From Verrucomicrobiaceae bacterium (GTDB taxonomy: Bacteria > Verrucomicrobiota > Verrucomicrobiia > Verrucomicrobiales > Akkermansiaceae): a stretch of DNA of 64,000 nt. A model generated the notes under the pieces. It saw only the letters and a program-made list of their open reading frames with translations, did not search any database and was not told where the DNA came from. The translations under genes were made by a program, and so were the position numbers. Numbering within the stretch: the first letter of the stretch is position 1; the number at the start of each line of letters is the position of its first letter. Of this stretch, positions 20,191 to 29,285 are shown piece after piece. The stretch spans positions 608,001 to 672,000 of the forward strand of contig JBPOGH010000001.1 in assembly GCA_051252135.1 (NCBI GenBank), read 5' to 3'.

Positions 20191-20634
20191 TTAGGGAATA
20201 GGGAAGAAATAGGCAGTGAGACGCTCCCCTTGGCTGTTGCCCAAGGTGACCCGCAAGCAATTATGGGTCCCTGAAGGAGGGGTGAATTCGTGCCCACCGG
20301 GGTTGAAATCGACCCAATCGTTGGAAATTAGAGTATAAGGCGGAGGTGGATCCGCTTCGGCGGCCTCCGCGAGCGCAACGGATAAGGCCGGAAGATCGGT
20401 CGGGTCGGTCGTGCGATAATAATGCCAAATTGCATCCATTTCCGTCCGCAGACTATGGGCTTCCGGCAATCTCATCTTGGCGCGCCTGCTCCCCTCAAGA
20501 CCGGAACCGATCAGCGGGAGCATCAAAGCCATCAGGACTGCGGATAACGTGAGCGTGGCAATCACCTCAATCAGAGTGAATCCGTATCGGCGGTGAAAGT
20601 GCGCTGGCTGGGTCATGTGAAATGTCGATTTCAT
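20191..20634 (-). CDS. Minor pilin (PilV/GspI-like)
   Basis: YG-FTLIEV prepilin motif; overlaps upstream gene by 4 nt (alternative start 20616). Confidence 0.85.
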   Translation of the reverse strand: MKSTFHMTQPAHFHRRYGFTLIEVIATLTLSAVLMALMLPLIGSGLEGSRRAKMRLPEAHSLRTEMDAIWHYYRTTDPTDLPALSVALAEAAEADPPPPYTLISNDWVDFNPGGHEFTPPSGTHNCLRVTLGNSQGERLTAYFFPIP

Positions 20635-21119
20635 TCGATCAATCCGGTTTCGGCTTGAATGGTGATAATTTGAGTGAGCCCTCCGCCGGTCAGGATGATC
20701 GTCTGGTCCGTGGTCCGGAGAGTGCCGAAATCGGTCAACGGCCTCCCCCAGGAATCAAAACGAATGACAGTCCCGGAAGTCGTCGTAACACCCTCCGAAA
20801 GAACGCCTTCAGTTGAATCGGTTCCGGGAATCGTTCCGGGAGTAAAACCACGGCCGGTAACCACCATGGGACCGATCTCGTAGGTTGTCGTGTCAGTGAA
20901 AATCACGCGCCATTGATAGGTATCGGACTGCGCCCGGAGTTGGGCGTAGCGCAAATGGGAGCTCAGTCGATCCGCCTCTTTTGTCAAATTGACCGTCGAT
21001 CCGGGCAAAATGCTCATCACGATCGCTGCCAGAATCCCCATGAGAATGAGAACAGTCAGGATTTCAAACAAGGTAAAGCCTCTGTGGCGTTGGGCCGCAG
21101 GTGATTTCAAATAAGTCAT
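20631..21119 (-). CDS. Minor pilin (FimT/FimU/GspH-like)
   Basis: RG-FTLFEI; LRYAQLRA; IRFDSWGRP; ends ETGLIE. Confidence 0.85.
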   Translation of the reverse strand: MTYLKSPAAQRHRGFTLFEILTVLILMGILAAIVMSILPGSTVNLTKEADRLSSHLRYAQLRAQSDTYQWRVIFTDTTTYEIGPMVVTGRGFTPGTIPGTDSTEGVLSEGVTTTSGTVIRFDSWGRPLTDFGTLRTTDQTIILTGGGLTQIITIQAETGLIE

Positions 21120-21142
21120 TTTACGGGATCCGTTCTGGGCGA

Positions 21143-21181
21143 AAAACTAAAAAGGCCGAGTTCACAGCAGTGAACTCGGCC
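21143..21181 (-). terminator. Rho-independent terminator after major pilin
   Basis: Perfect 12-bp stem ggccgagttcac-agca-gtgaactcggcc (21154-21181), T run on minus strand. Confidence 0.9.
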
Positions 21182-21216
21182 AATATTAGATTAGATTACC
21201 TAATCAGGGAAGGTCC

Positions 21217-21621
21217 TTATTTAGACCAACTTCCTGGTGAGGTAGCAGTCGATGCCGTGCGGGTCAAAGCCACACCGGTATCGCTCTGAAAGCTGATGGT
21301 AGCTCCAGATGCAGTTGCAGCAACCGTGTAGGAGTAATCGCTTCCAAGGGTCGTGTCCATTGCTGCGAAGGTCGTAGCATCGTCAGTCCAACCACCGGTA
21401 GCCAGTGATTCGTCGCCCCAAGTGAGAGCCTCACGGCCATTCAGCTCGGAAACAGCAGCATCGATGGCCCGTGCTTTGGCAGCAGTGGACATGTCAACAT
21501 ACTTAGGCACTGCGACAGCAGCGAGGATGCCGAGGAGAACGAGAACGGCGATGACCTCAATCAAGGTGAATCCATTCTTCTTCTTCTTGGCCTGGCTTGT
21601 TACTTTGGTGTTAGTTTTCAT
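21217..21621 (-). CDS. pilA: Major type IV pilin
   Basis: Basic 17-aa leader then G-FTLIEVIAVLVLLGILAAVAVPKY; 117-aa mature chain; own leader region and terminator. Confidence 0.85.
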   Translation of the reverse strand: MKTNTKVTSQAKKKKNGFTLIEVIAVLVLLGILAAVAVPKYVDMSTAAKARAIDAAVSELNGREALTWGDESLATGGWTDDATTFAAMDTTLGSDYSYTVAATASGATISFQSDTGVALTRTASTATSPGSWSK

Positions 21622-21771
21622 TTTGGGTGTTTTTGGTTTTTGGTTTTTTTTTCTGTTGCCTGAATCGGACGAGACATTGCTGCCGACTCCTTGGAGATTT
21701 TTCTTTTTAACTCAGCTTTTACTTTTTGGTTTGGCTTATTGTTTTGGGGCTCTGATTCCCGACTGCGCTTG

Positions 21772-21801
21772 ATATTTAATTTAAAATACCTGTAACGTCA
21801 A
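21772..21801 (-). promoter_or_regulatory. Candidate pilin promoter
   Basis: Minus-strand TTGACG (21801-21796) followed by AT-rich ttaaattaaata at -10 spacing. Confidence 0.35.
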
Positions 21802-22023
21802 CATCGTTTTGAACTTTTTTTCAAAAAAATTGAACATGTTGTTACCGAAGGGGTCTGATGCTTCTCAAAAAAGTCGCTTTTACTACGCCGCTGTAGGTCT
21901 GCGGGCTACTCGTGGTGATAGGCTCTTACACATTCCACATCCCGATTTCTTCGGACGTTGGTGAGACCAAGGTTCAAATTCCTCATTGAGCCTTCCCCCG
22001 GGGACTCGCCCAGCATGCACTTT

Positions 22024-22342
22024 CCTCCCCTGCTCACTCGGGTTTGCAAGCACCCCACTCTTCGATTGGTTTTGAGCTGACCACTTTCCCATGAAAGGAG
22101 AATCAATCCAAACGCCCCGACTCTTCTTGGTTCGCTCAAACACTTTAGCTGCCGTGGTGGTGGCGGCTCACACATATTGCCCTTCGATCACCTCGGGCTT
22201 GGCGAGGAACCGATCTGAAATCTAATTGGCCCCGCTTGACGAATCGTGCCGAACACTAGGCCGAACTCCCTCCCCGCTCGCTCTCATTCAGATGAACCCG
22301 GTTTGTTAATTATATTGAGCTGATCACTTTCCCGCAAAAGGA
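22024..22342. repeat. Intergenic bipartite direct repeat, two copies
   Basis: ttgagctgaccactttcccatgaaagga (22072-22099) vs ttgagctgatcactttcccgcaaaagga (22315-22342), 24/28 identical; each preceded by a cctcccc-gctc box. Confidence 0.75.
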
Positions 22343-22367
22343 AGGTCGCTTCAATGGCCTTCCTTTT
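22336..22367 (-). terminator. Hairpin downstream of pilT, probable terminator
   Basis: aaaaggaagg (22336-22345)/ccttcctttt (22358-22367) perfect 10-bp inverted repeat. Confidence 0.6.
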
Positions 22368-22411
22368 CCAGGTTCGCCGAAACATGAACGCTACCGTAGT
22401 GGTAACACTAC

Positions 22412-23563
22412 CTAAAACCCTGACTCATCATCTTCGCTTTCCATCTTCTCGGGCTTGGCAACAGCCAAGCCGGGAACCGAAAAGGAAAAATTCGTGGCCT
22501 TGAGGTAGTCCTGCAGCATGGTTGGCCGATTGGCCTCACCCAAGGCGACTTCTTCAGTAATGAGGCCCTGACGGACTTTAGCTGCGAGAGAAAGCTCAAG
22601 TGGACACATGCCAACGTTGATCCCGCCAGTCAATGAGTTGTAAAGTTGGTGGGAATTCCCTTCCCGGATCATCGTCCTTACAGCCGGAGTCGCGAGCAAG
22701 ATTTCGCGAGCGGCGACCCGTCCCGTCCCGGAGGCAAGTGGCAGAAGCACTTGGGTCACGATGCCCTGGAGGACCGAGGCAAGCTGAGCGCGCACCAAGG
22801 CTTGTTGCGAAGCGGGGAAGACGTCAATGATGCGATCGACCGTCTGTGAAGTGTCACTGGTGTGCAAGGTGGAGAAGACGAGGTGTCCCGTCTCACTGGC
22901 TGTCAGGGCAAGATGGATGGTCTCCAGGTCACGCATCTCACCCACTAGGATGACGTCCGGGTCATCACGGAGGGCGGACTTTAGCGCTGGACCAAAACCG
23001 TGCGTGTGCATGCCCAGTTCGCGCTGGGTAATGCAGGATTCCTTTTCTTCATAAGTATACTCGATGGGATCCTCCACCGTCAGGATATGCTTCGGGCTGC
23101 GTTGGTTGATCAGGTCGATCAGGCAAGCCATCGTCGTTGATTTACCAGTTCCCGTTGCTCCTGTAAAAAGAACCAGACCGCGTGGGACCTTGGAAAAGCG
23201 GTAGATCGATTCCTCCATGGTGAGCTGCTCAGGCGTTGGGATGACGCTGGAAATGATGCGGAAGACCGCGGCGAGGCCCCGTTGCTGTCGATGGATATTG
23301 ACGCGGAAACGGGTGCGCCCACTGGGAAGGTCGAGGGAGTGGCTGATATCGATCTCGAGTTTATCTTCGAGCGCATCCATCTGTTTTTCATTCAGCATGC
23401 TGAAGATCACCTCCTCACACTCCGCGGGACTGAGAGGTTCATATTCTTTATTCAGGGCCCGAAGCGCTCCATCAACTCGAAATGCCGGGCTTCGCTCAGG
23501 GGCCAGGTGCACGTCGGAGACTCGTCGCTGGACAGCCAGTTCCATTAATTCAGGTAAATTCAA
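22412..23563 (-). CDS. pilT: Type IV pilus retraction ATPase
   Basis: SDVHL, Walker A GATGTGKST, EDPIEY, LVGEMRD, TGHLVFSTLH, AVRTMIRE (AIRNLIRE-like). Confidence 0.92.
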   Translation of the reverse strand: MNLPELMELAVQRRVSDVHLAPERSPAFRVDGALRALNKEYEPLSPAECEEVIFSMLNEKQMDALEDKLEIDISHSLDLPSGRTRFRVNIHRQQRGLAAVFRIISSVIPTPEQLTMEESIYRFSKVPRGLVLFTGATGTGKSTTMACLIDLINQRSPKHILTVEDPIEYTYEEKESCITQRELGMHTHGFGPALKSALRDDPDVILVGEMRDLETIHLALTASETGHLVFSTLHTSDTSQTVDRIIDVFPASQQALVRAQLASVLQGIVTQVLLPLASGTGRVAAREILLATPAVRTMIREGNSHQLYNSLTGGINVGMCPLELSLAAKVRQGLITEEVALGEANRPTMLQDYLKATNFSFSVPGLAVAKPEKMESEDDESGF

Positions 23564-23584
23564 GGTATCGGGAGGGGGTGTTTA

Positions 23585-24814
23585 CTATTTTTTAGTAGCC
23601 ATCTGGGTCATGTCCCACATGGGCAAATAGATGGCCAAAGCGAAGAAACCGACAACGGCAGTCAGGGAAACAATCAGAATGGGGCCGATCGCATCCGTCA
23701 TCTTCTTGATGGTGTAGCTGATTTCCTGGTCGTAATGCTCGGAAACATGTCGAAGCATCTCGTCGAGACGACCGGATTCCTCACCGATCCTGACCATATT
23801 AACCAGCATGGGGGGAAAGTATCCGCATGAGCCAAGCGGACCGGAAATACCGTGGCCTTCTTCCATCAGCTCAGTGATTTCCTCGAATTCAGCAGCAATG
23901 GCGGCATTGCCGACGGTCGCTTCAAGGATTCTCAGGGATTCAAGAACAAGGACGCCGCTCGACTGAAGGAGGGAGAAAATGCTGGCAAAACGGGACATCG
24001 ACGCCTTGATCACGACAGGCCCGATCAGCGGAATTTTTAGCAAAAAGCGATCACGGGCTAAAATGCCCTGCTCCGTCTTGTTAAAGTAGCGATGATACGA
24101 CACCCCACCGATGATCACGGCTAAAAGCATAAAAATCCCGTAGCTCATGAGCATATCGCTCATCCACATGCAGAGACGTGTTGGCGCAGGCAGCTCAAGG
24201 GAGGCTCCAGCGAAGAAGGCCGCAAATCGAGGGATGACGAAGCCCACCATGACAAGGAAAGCCCCTCCGAGAACGACAACAACGATCTGCGGGTAGCGCA
24301 TTGCGGATTTGATCTCCCCTTCCACCTTGGCCTCGTGCTCAATCAGGTAGAGCAATCTGTCAAGAACCTCTGGAAGCGTTCCGGCCGTCTCCCCTGCTTC
24401 GACCATGCTACTAAAGAGGGTCGAAAAAACATCGTCGTGCTTCGCTGCAGCAGCAGAAAGGCTCATCCCGCCTTCAATGTCATCCTTGATGATGCCCGCG
24501 AGTCGACGAAGGCGCGGTTGTTCTGTCTGCTCTTTTAGGATTCCAAAAGCCTGCGTCATCGGGATGCCGACCCGAATCATGGTGACAAGTTGTTTCGTAA
24601 AGACGATCAGCTCTGTTGGAGGGACCTTGGCATAGTGAGTCTTCCAGCGGGCTAAAATGCCGCCTTCGGCATTGTCTCCGGCAGCTTTGAGATCGATCGG
24701 GATGAGATCCGATTCGGCAAGACGGGTCAACGCATCCTCAAATGTCTCGGCGGTGAGCGTTCCAATTTTTATTTTTCCCGCCGTATCAGATGCTTTGTAA
24801 CTAAATTCAGCCAT
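23585..24814 (-). CDS. pilC: Type IV pilus platform protein (PilC/GspF family)
   Basis: FTKQLVTMIRVGIP, AGETAGTL, AMRYP, GEESGRLDEML, AIYLPMW. Confidence 0.92.
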   Translation of the reverse strand: MAEFSYKASDTAGKIKIGTLTAETFEDALTRLAESDLIPIDLKAAGDNAEGGILARWKTHYAKVPPTELIVFTKQLVTMIRVGIPMTQAFGILKEQTEQPRLRRLAGIIKDDIEGGMSLSAAAAKHDDVFSTLFSSMVEAGETAGTLPEVLDRLLYLIEHEAKVEGEIKSAMRYPQIVVVVLGGAFLVMVGFVIPRFAAFFAGASLELPAPTRLCMWMSDMLMSYGIFMLLAVIIGGVSYHRYFNKTEQGILARDRFLLKIPLIGPVVIKASMSRFASIFSLLQSSGVLVLESLRILEATVGNAAIAAEFEEITELMEEGHGISGPLGSCGYFPPMLVNMVRIGEESGRLDEMLRHVSEHYDQEISYTIKKMTDAIGPILIVSLTAVVGFFALAIYLPMWDMTQMATKK

Positions 24815-24880
24815 GGTGACTACCTCTTTCAGCGTATAATCACCTGAACCCGAAGGAAAAGCTATCTGAATTATTAATTT

Positions 24881-26587
24881 TTATAAAACAACCTTCGCGG
24901 CGGCTTCTTCAAGGGTCGTAAGCCCCATCTGGGCCTTGATCGCGGCGTCATCACGCATGGTCGTAAAATTCCCTTCCGCCCGGGCTGCTGCAAGGAGTTC
25001 GCCTTCGGTGGCGCTTGCAGTGATCAGCTCTTGAATCTTTTCCCCAATGACCAGCACCTCATACACCCCGACACGGCCACGATAGCCCGTATCGCGACAA
25101 CGGGAGCAACCTTTTGCTTTCAGAAACTTGGATTCGGGATCGGGGCTCAGTCCCCAGAAGTTCATGACTTCGGGAGGAGGCGTCCAAGGCTCGGCGCAGA
25201 CGTCGCAGACGCGGCGTAAGAGACGTTGCCCGATGACGCAGGCAATTGTTGAAGAGATCAGGAAGGGCTCGATGCCCATATCAACGAGACGGGCAACAGT
25301 GCCAATCGCCGTATTGGTGTGGATGGTGCTCAGCACGAGGTGGCCGGTCAAAGCAGCCTGGATCCCGATGAGGGCGGTCTCACCATCCCGGATCTCTCCG
25401 ATCATGGCAATATCCGGGTCCTGACGCAGAATGGCTTTGAGACTGCTGGCAAAGGACATTCCGGCCCGAATGTTGAGCTCGACCTGGCGGATGCGGGGAA
25501 TCTGGTATTCGACAGGGTCCTCCACCGTGATGATATTCACCTCCGGGCGATTGAGCATCCCGAGGACGGAATAAAGCGTTGTCGTTTTTCCGCTCCCGGT
25601 CGGGCCTGTATTGAGGATCATGCCGTGCGGCCGATGGATTGTCTCCTCAATCTTGCTGATGTCGCTCTCGCGCATGCCGAGCTGATCGAGCTTAAACACG
25701 AGCGAGTTCATGTCGAGAAGACGCATAACGACGTTCTCGCCGTGGACGGTGGGCATCGCTGAAACCCGGACATTGATTTCCCGACCGCTGACTCTGGCAC
25801 TGAATCTTCCATCCTGCGGGACGCGCGTCACCGAGATATCCATCCGTCCAAGAATCTTCAAGCGGGAGACGATTGAATTCAGCAGCGACTTGGGAATCGA
25901 CGGGAGGTCCTTTAGATTTCCATCGACCCGGAGCCGGACTTGGACATGAGTCTTCTCCGGGCAGACGTGTACGTCACTCGCCCCTTCTCGAACAGCACGC
26001 GTAATGATCCAATCGACAGTATGCACGGCGGTTGCGCCCTCCGCCATGTCCTTCAAGGCCTTTACTTGTGACGCTTCGCCTTCTTCGCTTTCCTCCTCGT
26101 CGTCCTTCTTCGAACCGTAATAAACCTCCTCAACATCTTCCAGTTGCGAGCCGACCCCGGAAGCAAGACCGTAGAGGCTGTTCATGAGCTCGTTGAACTC
26201 GGTCTCGGTGCAAATAACGGGCTCCAGCTCCATCTTGATCTGGCGCTGCACCGTATCCATCTCCAGCACCTCGGTGGGATAGGGCATCGCGACGTGGAGC
26301 AAGCTTCCCTCGCGCCGCAGCGGAATCATGCGATGCTTACCGGCCATGGACGCGGGTATGATCTCCGTGAGTTCCGGAAACAGAGGATAACGCTCTGGTT
26401 CGTATTTTGGAATATGCAAGCGATTGCTAAGAACACTGACCATGTCAGTGTCCGCAACCATTCCTTCGCGAAGGATATACTCTTCTACCTTGAGACCCGG
26501 AGGTCTGGTGGTACTTTCCACCTTTTCAAACTGCTCCTCGGTGAGGTAACCCTCCTCAAGAAGCATTTTTTCGAGCCTAATATTCAT
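24881..26587 (-). CDS. pilB: Pilus extension ATPase (PilB/GspE/MshE family)
   Basis: ASDVH, RVDG, PQDG, GPTGSGKTT, LRQDPD, GEIRD, CxxC...CxxC, GYRGR. Confidence 0.92.
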   Translation of the reverse strand: MNIRLEKMLLEEGYLTEEQFEKVESTTRPPGLKVEEYILREGMVADTDMVSVLSNRLHIPKYEPERYPLFPELTEIIPASMAGKHRMIPLRREGSLLHVAMPYPTEVLEMDTVQRQIKMELEPVICTETEFNELMNSLYGLASGVGSQLEDVEEVYYGSKKDDEEESEEGEASQVKALKDMAEGATAVHTVDWIITRAVREGASDVHVCPEKTHVQVRLRVDGNLKDLPSIPKSLLNSIVSRLKILGRMDISVTRVPQDGRFSARVSGREINVRVSAMPTVHGENVVMRLLDMNSLVFKLDQLGMRESDISKIEETIHRPHGMILNTGPTGSGKTTTLYSVLGMLNRPEVNIITVEDPVEYQIPRIRQVELNIRAGMSFASSLKAILRQDPDIAMIGEIRDGETALIGIQAALTGHLVLSTIHTNTAIGTVARLVDMGIEPFLISSTIACVIGQRLLRRVCDVCAEPWTPPPEVMNFWGLSPDPESKFLKAKGCSRCRDTGYRGRVGVYEVLVIGEKIQELITASATEGELLAAARAEGNFTTMRDDAAIKAQMGLTTLEEAAAKVVL

Positions 26588-26603
26588 CGTTGGGAACCTC
26601 CGC

Positions 26604-28223
26604 TTACTTGCCTTCGAGCCTCATTGGCTTCGCGCCCCGGGGAAGAATGTGAGGGGTGATGAAAATCAAGGTGTCGCTGAAAGAGTTCCGATCCGAGCTA
26701 TTGCGGAACATCCCGCCCAAGCCTGGAAGATTCTTGAGGATGGGAATCCCCTCTTCCTGACGGCTTGTGCTTTCAGAGGAAAGTCCGCCGATCACGGTCG
26801 TTTGACCGGTGGCCAGATAGAGGGACGTAATAGCTGAACGCGTGAGGATCGGAGTTTGAACATTTCCATCAACTACGATCGACCGGGTGTCATCGAATTC
26901 GTCCTTGGTGGTGTTGATATCAAGCTTGACCCAACTCGTGTCAATGACGTGTGGAGTGACCTCCAGCCGCAATGCGGCCTTTTTAAATTCGACCTGGGCG
27001 ACGGCGGCAACACCACTTCCTGCAGAGGAAGAGAATGGTCTTTCCTCACCGCTTTCAATGGTCGCCGTCAACTGATCAAGTGTTGTAATCGAGGGTCGGG
27101 AGACGATGTTGAGTCGACCGTCTTTTTGAAGAGCGGAAAGTTGGGCTTGGAGGAGTTGAGTTCCCCGGATGCGACTTGCCCCGTAGAGGAAACCACTCCC
27201 ATCGGGAGAAAACCCGGCAGGAAAGTTGGAATTGAAACCGTTCCCGTTGGGCGTGATGCCTGTGGTAATTTCTCCGTTGCTGGATACATCGAAGACTCCC
27301 CACTGGACGCCGAGCTGACGGGCGACTTCGTTGCTCGCTTGCACAATGCTGGCTTCGATCAGAATTTGATAAGCCGGTTGGTCCAACCCCTGAATCAGCC
27401 TGCGCGCTTGGGCGATATCGGAAGGGACACCATGGATGATCACTTGGCCGGTGTCTTTGGCCGCTTTGATCGTAAAGCGAGGAGCTTCATCTTCATCAAC
27501 GCCCGGCTCGGCCGATGGATTCTGGTCTGCGACGACGGCAAGCATCGTTGCACTGACCGATGCAGCCAGATTATCGATATCCGCATAGTGGATACGGATC
27601 ATTTCGACAACCATCGGCTCGGAACGCTTCCTCTTCTCAGCCACTTGAAGCTGCTCGTGCAGCGCTTGCTCCATCGCAATTTTACCTTGGATATCTTGAA
27701 CCGAGAAGAGACTAAGGAGATCGTCTTTGAAATTATAGTGGATTCCACGCGCTTCGGTAATGGCCAAAAAGAGGTGATCCCATCGGGTCTCGTGCCGCAG
27801 GCTCACATGAACCGGGCCCTTGACGTTATTGCTAATGATCACATTCAAATCAGCGGCGTCAGCGAGGGTGCGCAAAAGGACTCCAACATCCATCTCACGG
27901 CTGAGTTCCATATTCTTAATCGAAATCTGGGGAAGCGGATCCGGCTGTGATGATTCGTGAATGGCTATTGCTTCTCCGTGAAAATCACGCATCGAGGAAA
28001 AGTCCGGGGCAGGCGGCGCAGTCATGACCGAGTCCGCAGCTGCTTGCTTCCATGCCCTGTAGGTAGGATCATCACCTGCTGCATCCGTCGATTCGTCCAA
28101 CGGGAAGCTGCAGCCACCGATCATGATACTGGCCCCAAGCACCATGCACAGCTTACAAACAAGTTTGTGAGGCGCGTAGCGATTAAATTGCTGATCAGGA
28201 ATATTTGTCCTTGGTTGTTTCAT
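26604..28223 (-). CDS. pilQ: Type IV pilus secretin
   Basis: QILIEASIV, LEVTPHV, GQTTVIGGL, GIPILKNLPGLGGMFR, IFITPHIL. Confidence 0.92.
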   Translation of the reverse strand: MKQPRTNIPDQQFNRYAPHKLVCKLCMVLGASIMIGGCSFPLDESTDAAGDDPTYRAWKQAAADSVMTAPPAPDFSSMRDFHGEAIAIHESSQPDPLPQISIKNMELSREMDVGVLLRTLADAADLNVIISNNVKGPVHVSLRHETRWDHLFLAITEARGIHYNFKDDLLSLFSVQDIQGKIAMEQALHEQLQVAEKRKRSEPMVVEMIRIHYADIDNLAASVSATMLAVVADQNPSAEPGVDEDEAPRFTIKAAKDTGQVIIHGVPSDIAQARRLIQGLDQPAYQILIEASIVQASNEVARQLGVQWGVFDVSSNGEITTGITPNGNGFNSNFPAGFSPDGSGFLYGASRIRGTQLLQAQLSALQKDGRLNIVSRPSITTLDQLTATIESGEERPFSSSAGSGVAAVAQVEFKKAALRLEVTPHVIDTSWVKLDINTTKDEFDDTRSIVVDGNVQTPILTRSAITSLYLATGQTTVIGGLSSESTSRQEEGIPILKNLPGLGGMFRNSSDRNSFSDTLIFITPHILPRGAKPMRLEGK

Positions 28224-28750
28224 TGCGTTTCTCCTTTGCTCTGCTGTTTCCCGGTAAGTTGCGGTTTCTCAAGTGGCACATTGACCGGGTCTGTTGCTCC
28301 ACGGCGAAGCAGTTCAATATGGTCAGAGTGAATTTGAGACACCTGAAATTCTCCCCCTTCGATCATTTCGCCAGCCCGGTAGTCTTGGCCGTCAATAATC
28401 GCGATCACCTTGCCTCCTATATTGAGGTAACCAACGTACTCGGGGAGGGGCACGACAAACTCAGCGAGGGGCGCTGAAAGGTCTTTCTGCTCTTCCAGTA
28501 CGAGTGGCCGATCACGAAGTGGATTCCGGACCCATTCTGTCGTGGCGGCCGCCAGAACACGCTTTTCACGATTCGTTGACTCCCCCTCTTTGAGATTTTG
28601 CTGCACCTTGGCAACCAAGGCGGGAAAATCGATAGGCGTCCGCGTGGACGCAGCCGCTGGCGGACTCAACAAGGCGGGTGCATAGACAATCACTGCGCCA
28701 ATTGCAGAGACTCCCACGAGGCCGAGTAGTATTTTTTCCCGGAGTATCAT
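28220..28750 (-). CDS. PilP-like alignment protein
   Basis: N-terminal membrane anchor, RNPL, IAIIDG; position between pilO and pilQ. Confidence 0.6.
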   Translation of the reverse strand: MILREKILLGLVGVSAIGAVIVYAPALLSPPAAASTRTPIDFPALVAKVQQNLKEGESTNREKRVLAAATTEWVRNPLRDRPLVLEEQKDLSAPLAEFVVPLPEYVGYLNIGGKVIAIIDGQDYRAGEMIEGGEFQVSQIHSDHIELLRRGATDPVNVPLEKPQLTGKQQSKGETQ

Positions 28751-29280
28751 TGGATGGCTAGCCAGATTGAAAGGTTCATCTCGTGCCCCATATCGGTCAC
28801 GTCGATTGCCAGGGACTCGATGGAATCAACGGATGTCATCTCATTGAGTCGATTGAGAAGCTTGTTGAACTTGGGAAACTCCCCACGCATGCGCGCATCG
28901 ACCCTCAACATTTCACGACCACCCTGGAGAGATCGGACCTGAGGCGTCACCGAGACGAGATCGACATTGGACTCACGCGCCAATGTTTCAAATACGTCCG
29001 GCAACTCGGCCAGATCCTCGACCTTGAGCGGCTGAAGTTCGTTGACAGAAATTCCCTCGGGGAACGGTTCCTGCTTGCGCCGCTGCAGGGGAACGTAAAT
29101 TGGAATAAAGGCTTTTTGGTCCTTAATGTCAGCTTGCAGCTCTACGATGGAGGCCCGTGTCCTGGCGATACCTTGGGTGGTGGGGAGCACACCAAACGAA
29201 ACAATCCCCAGCAATCCCATTGTCAGGATCGCTGGAAGTGCCAGCTTCCCTCCGGTTGATGTCCTTACGTATCGTCCCAT
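28747..29280 (-). CDS. PilO/GspM-like protein
   Basis: TM helix, coiled coil, then LARESNVDLVSVTP...MRGEFPKFNKLL pattern; synteny. Confidence 0.7.
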   Translation of the reverse strand: MGRYVRTSTGGKLALPAILTMGLLGIVSFGVLPTTQGIARTRASIVELQADIKDQKAFIPIYVPLQRRKQEPFPEGISVNELQPLKVEDLAELPDVFETLARESNVDLVSVTPQVRSLQGGREMLRVDARMRGEFPKFNKLLNRLNEMTSVDSIESLAIDVTDMGHEMNLSIWLAIQ

Positions 29281-29285
29281 TGTCT

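Noticed and set aside
21217..21570. Electrically conductive (e-pilin) interpretation
   Set aside because: Only 9 aromatic residues in 117; F1, Y24 and W51 are present but positions 27, 32 and 57 are not aromatic.
21622..21790. c-di-GMP riboswitch in the pilin leader
   Set aside because: No recognisable GEMM-type two-hairpin consensus; leader is mostly unstructured A/C runs.
21883..22175. Short ORFs in the pilT-pilA gap
   Set aside because: Overlapping alternatives with no motifs or convincing starts.
22072..22342. Two 28-nt repeats as a mini CRISPR array
   Set aside because: Only two imperfect copies, 215 nt between them, no cas genes.
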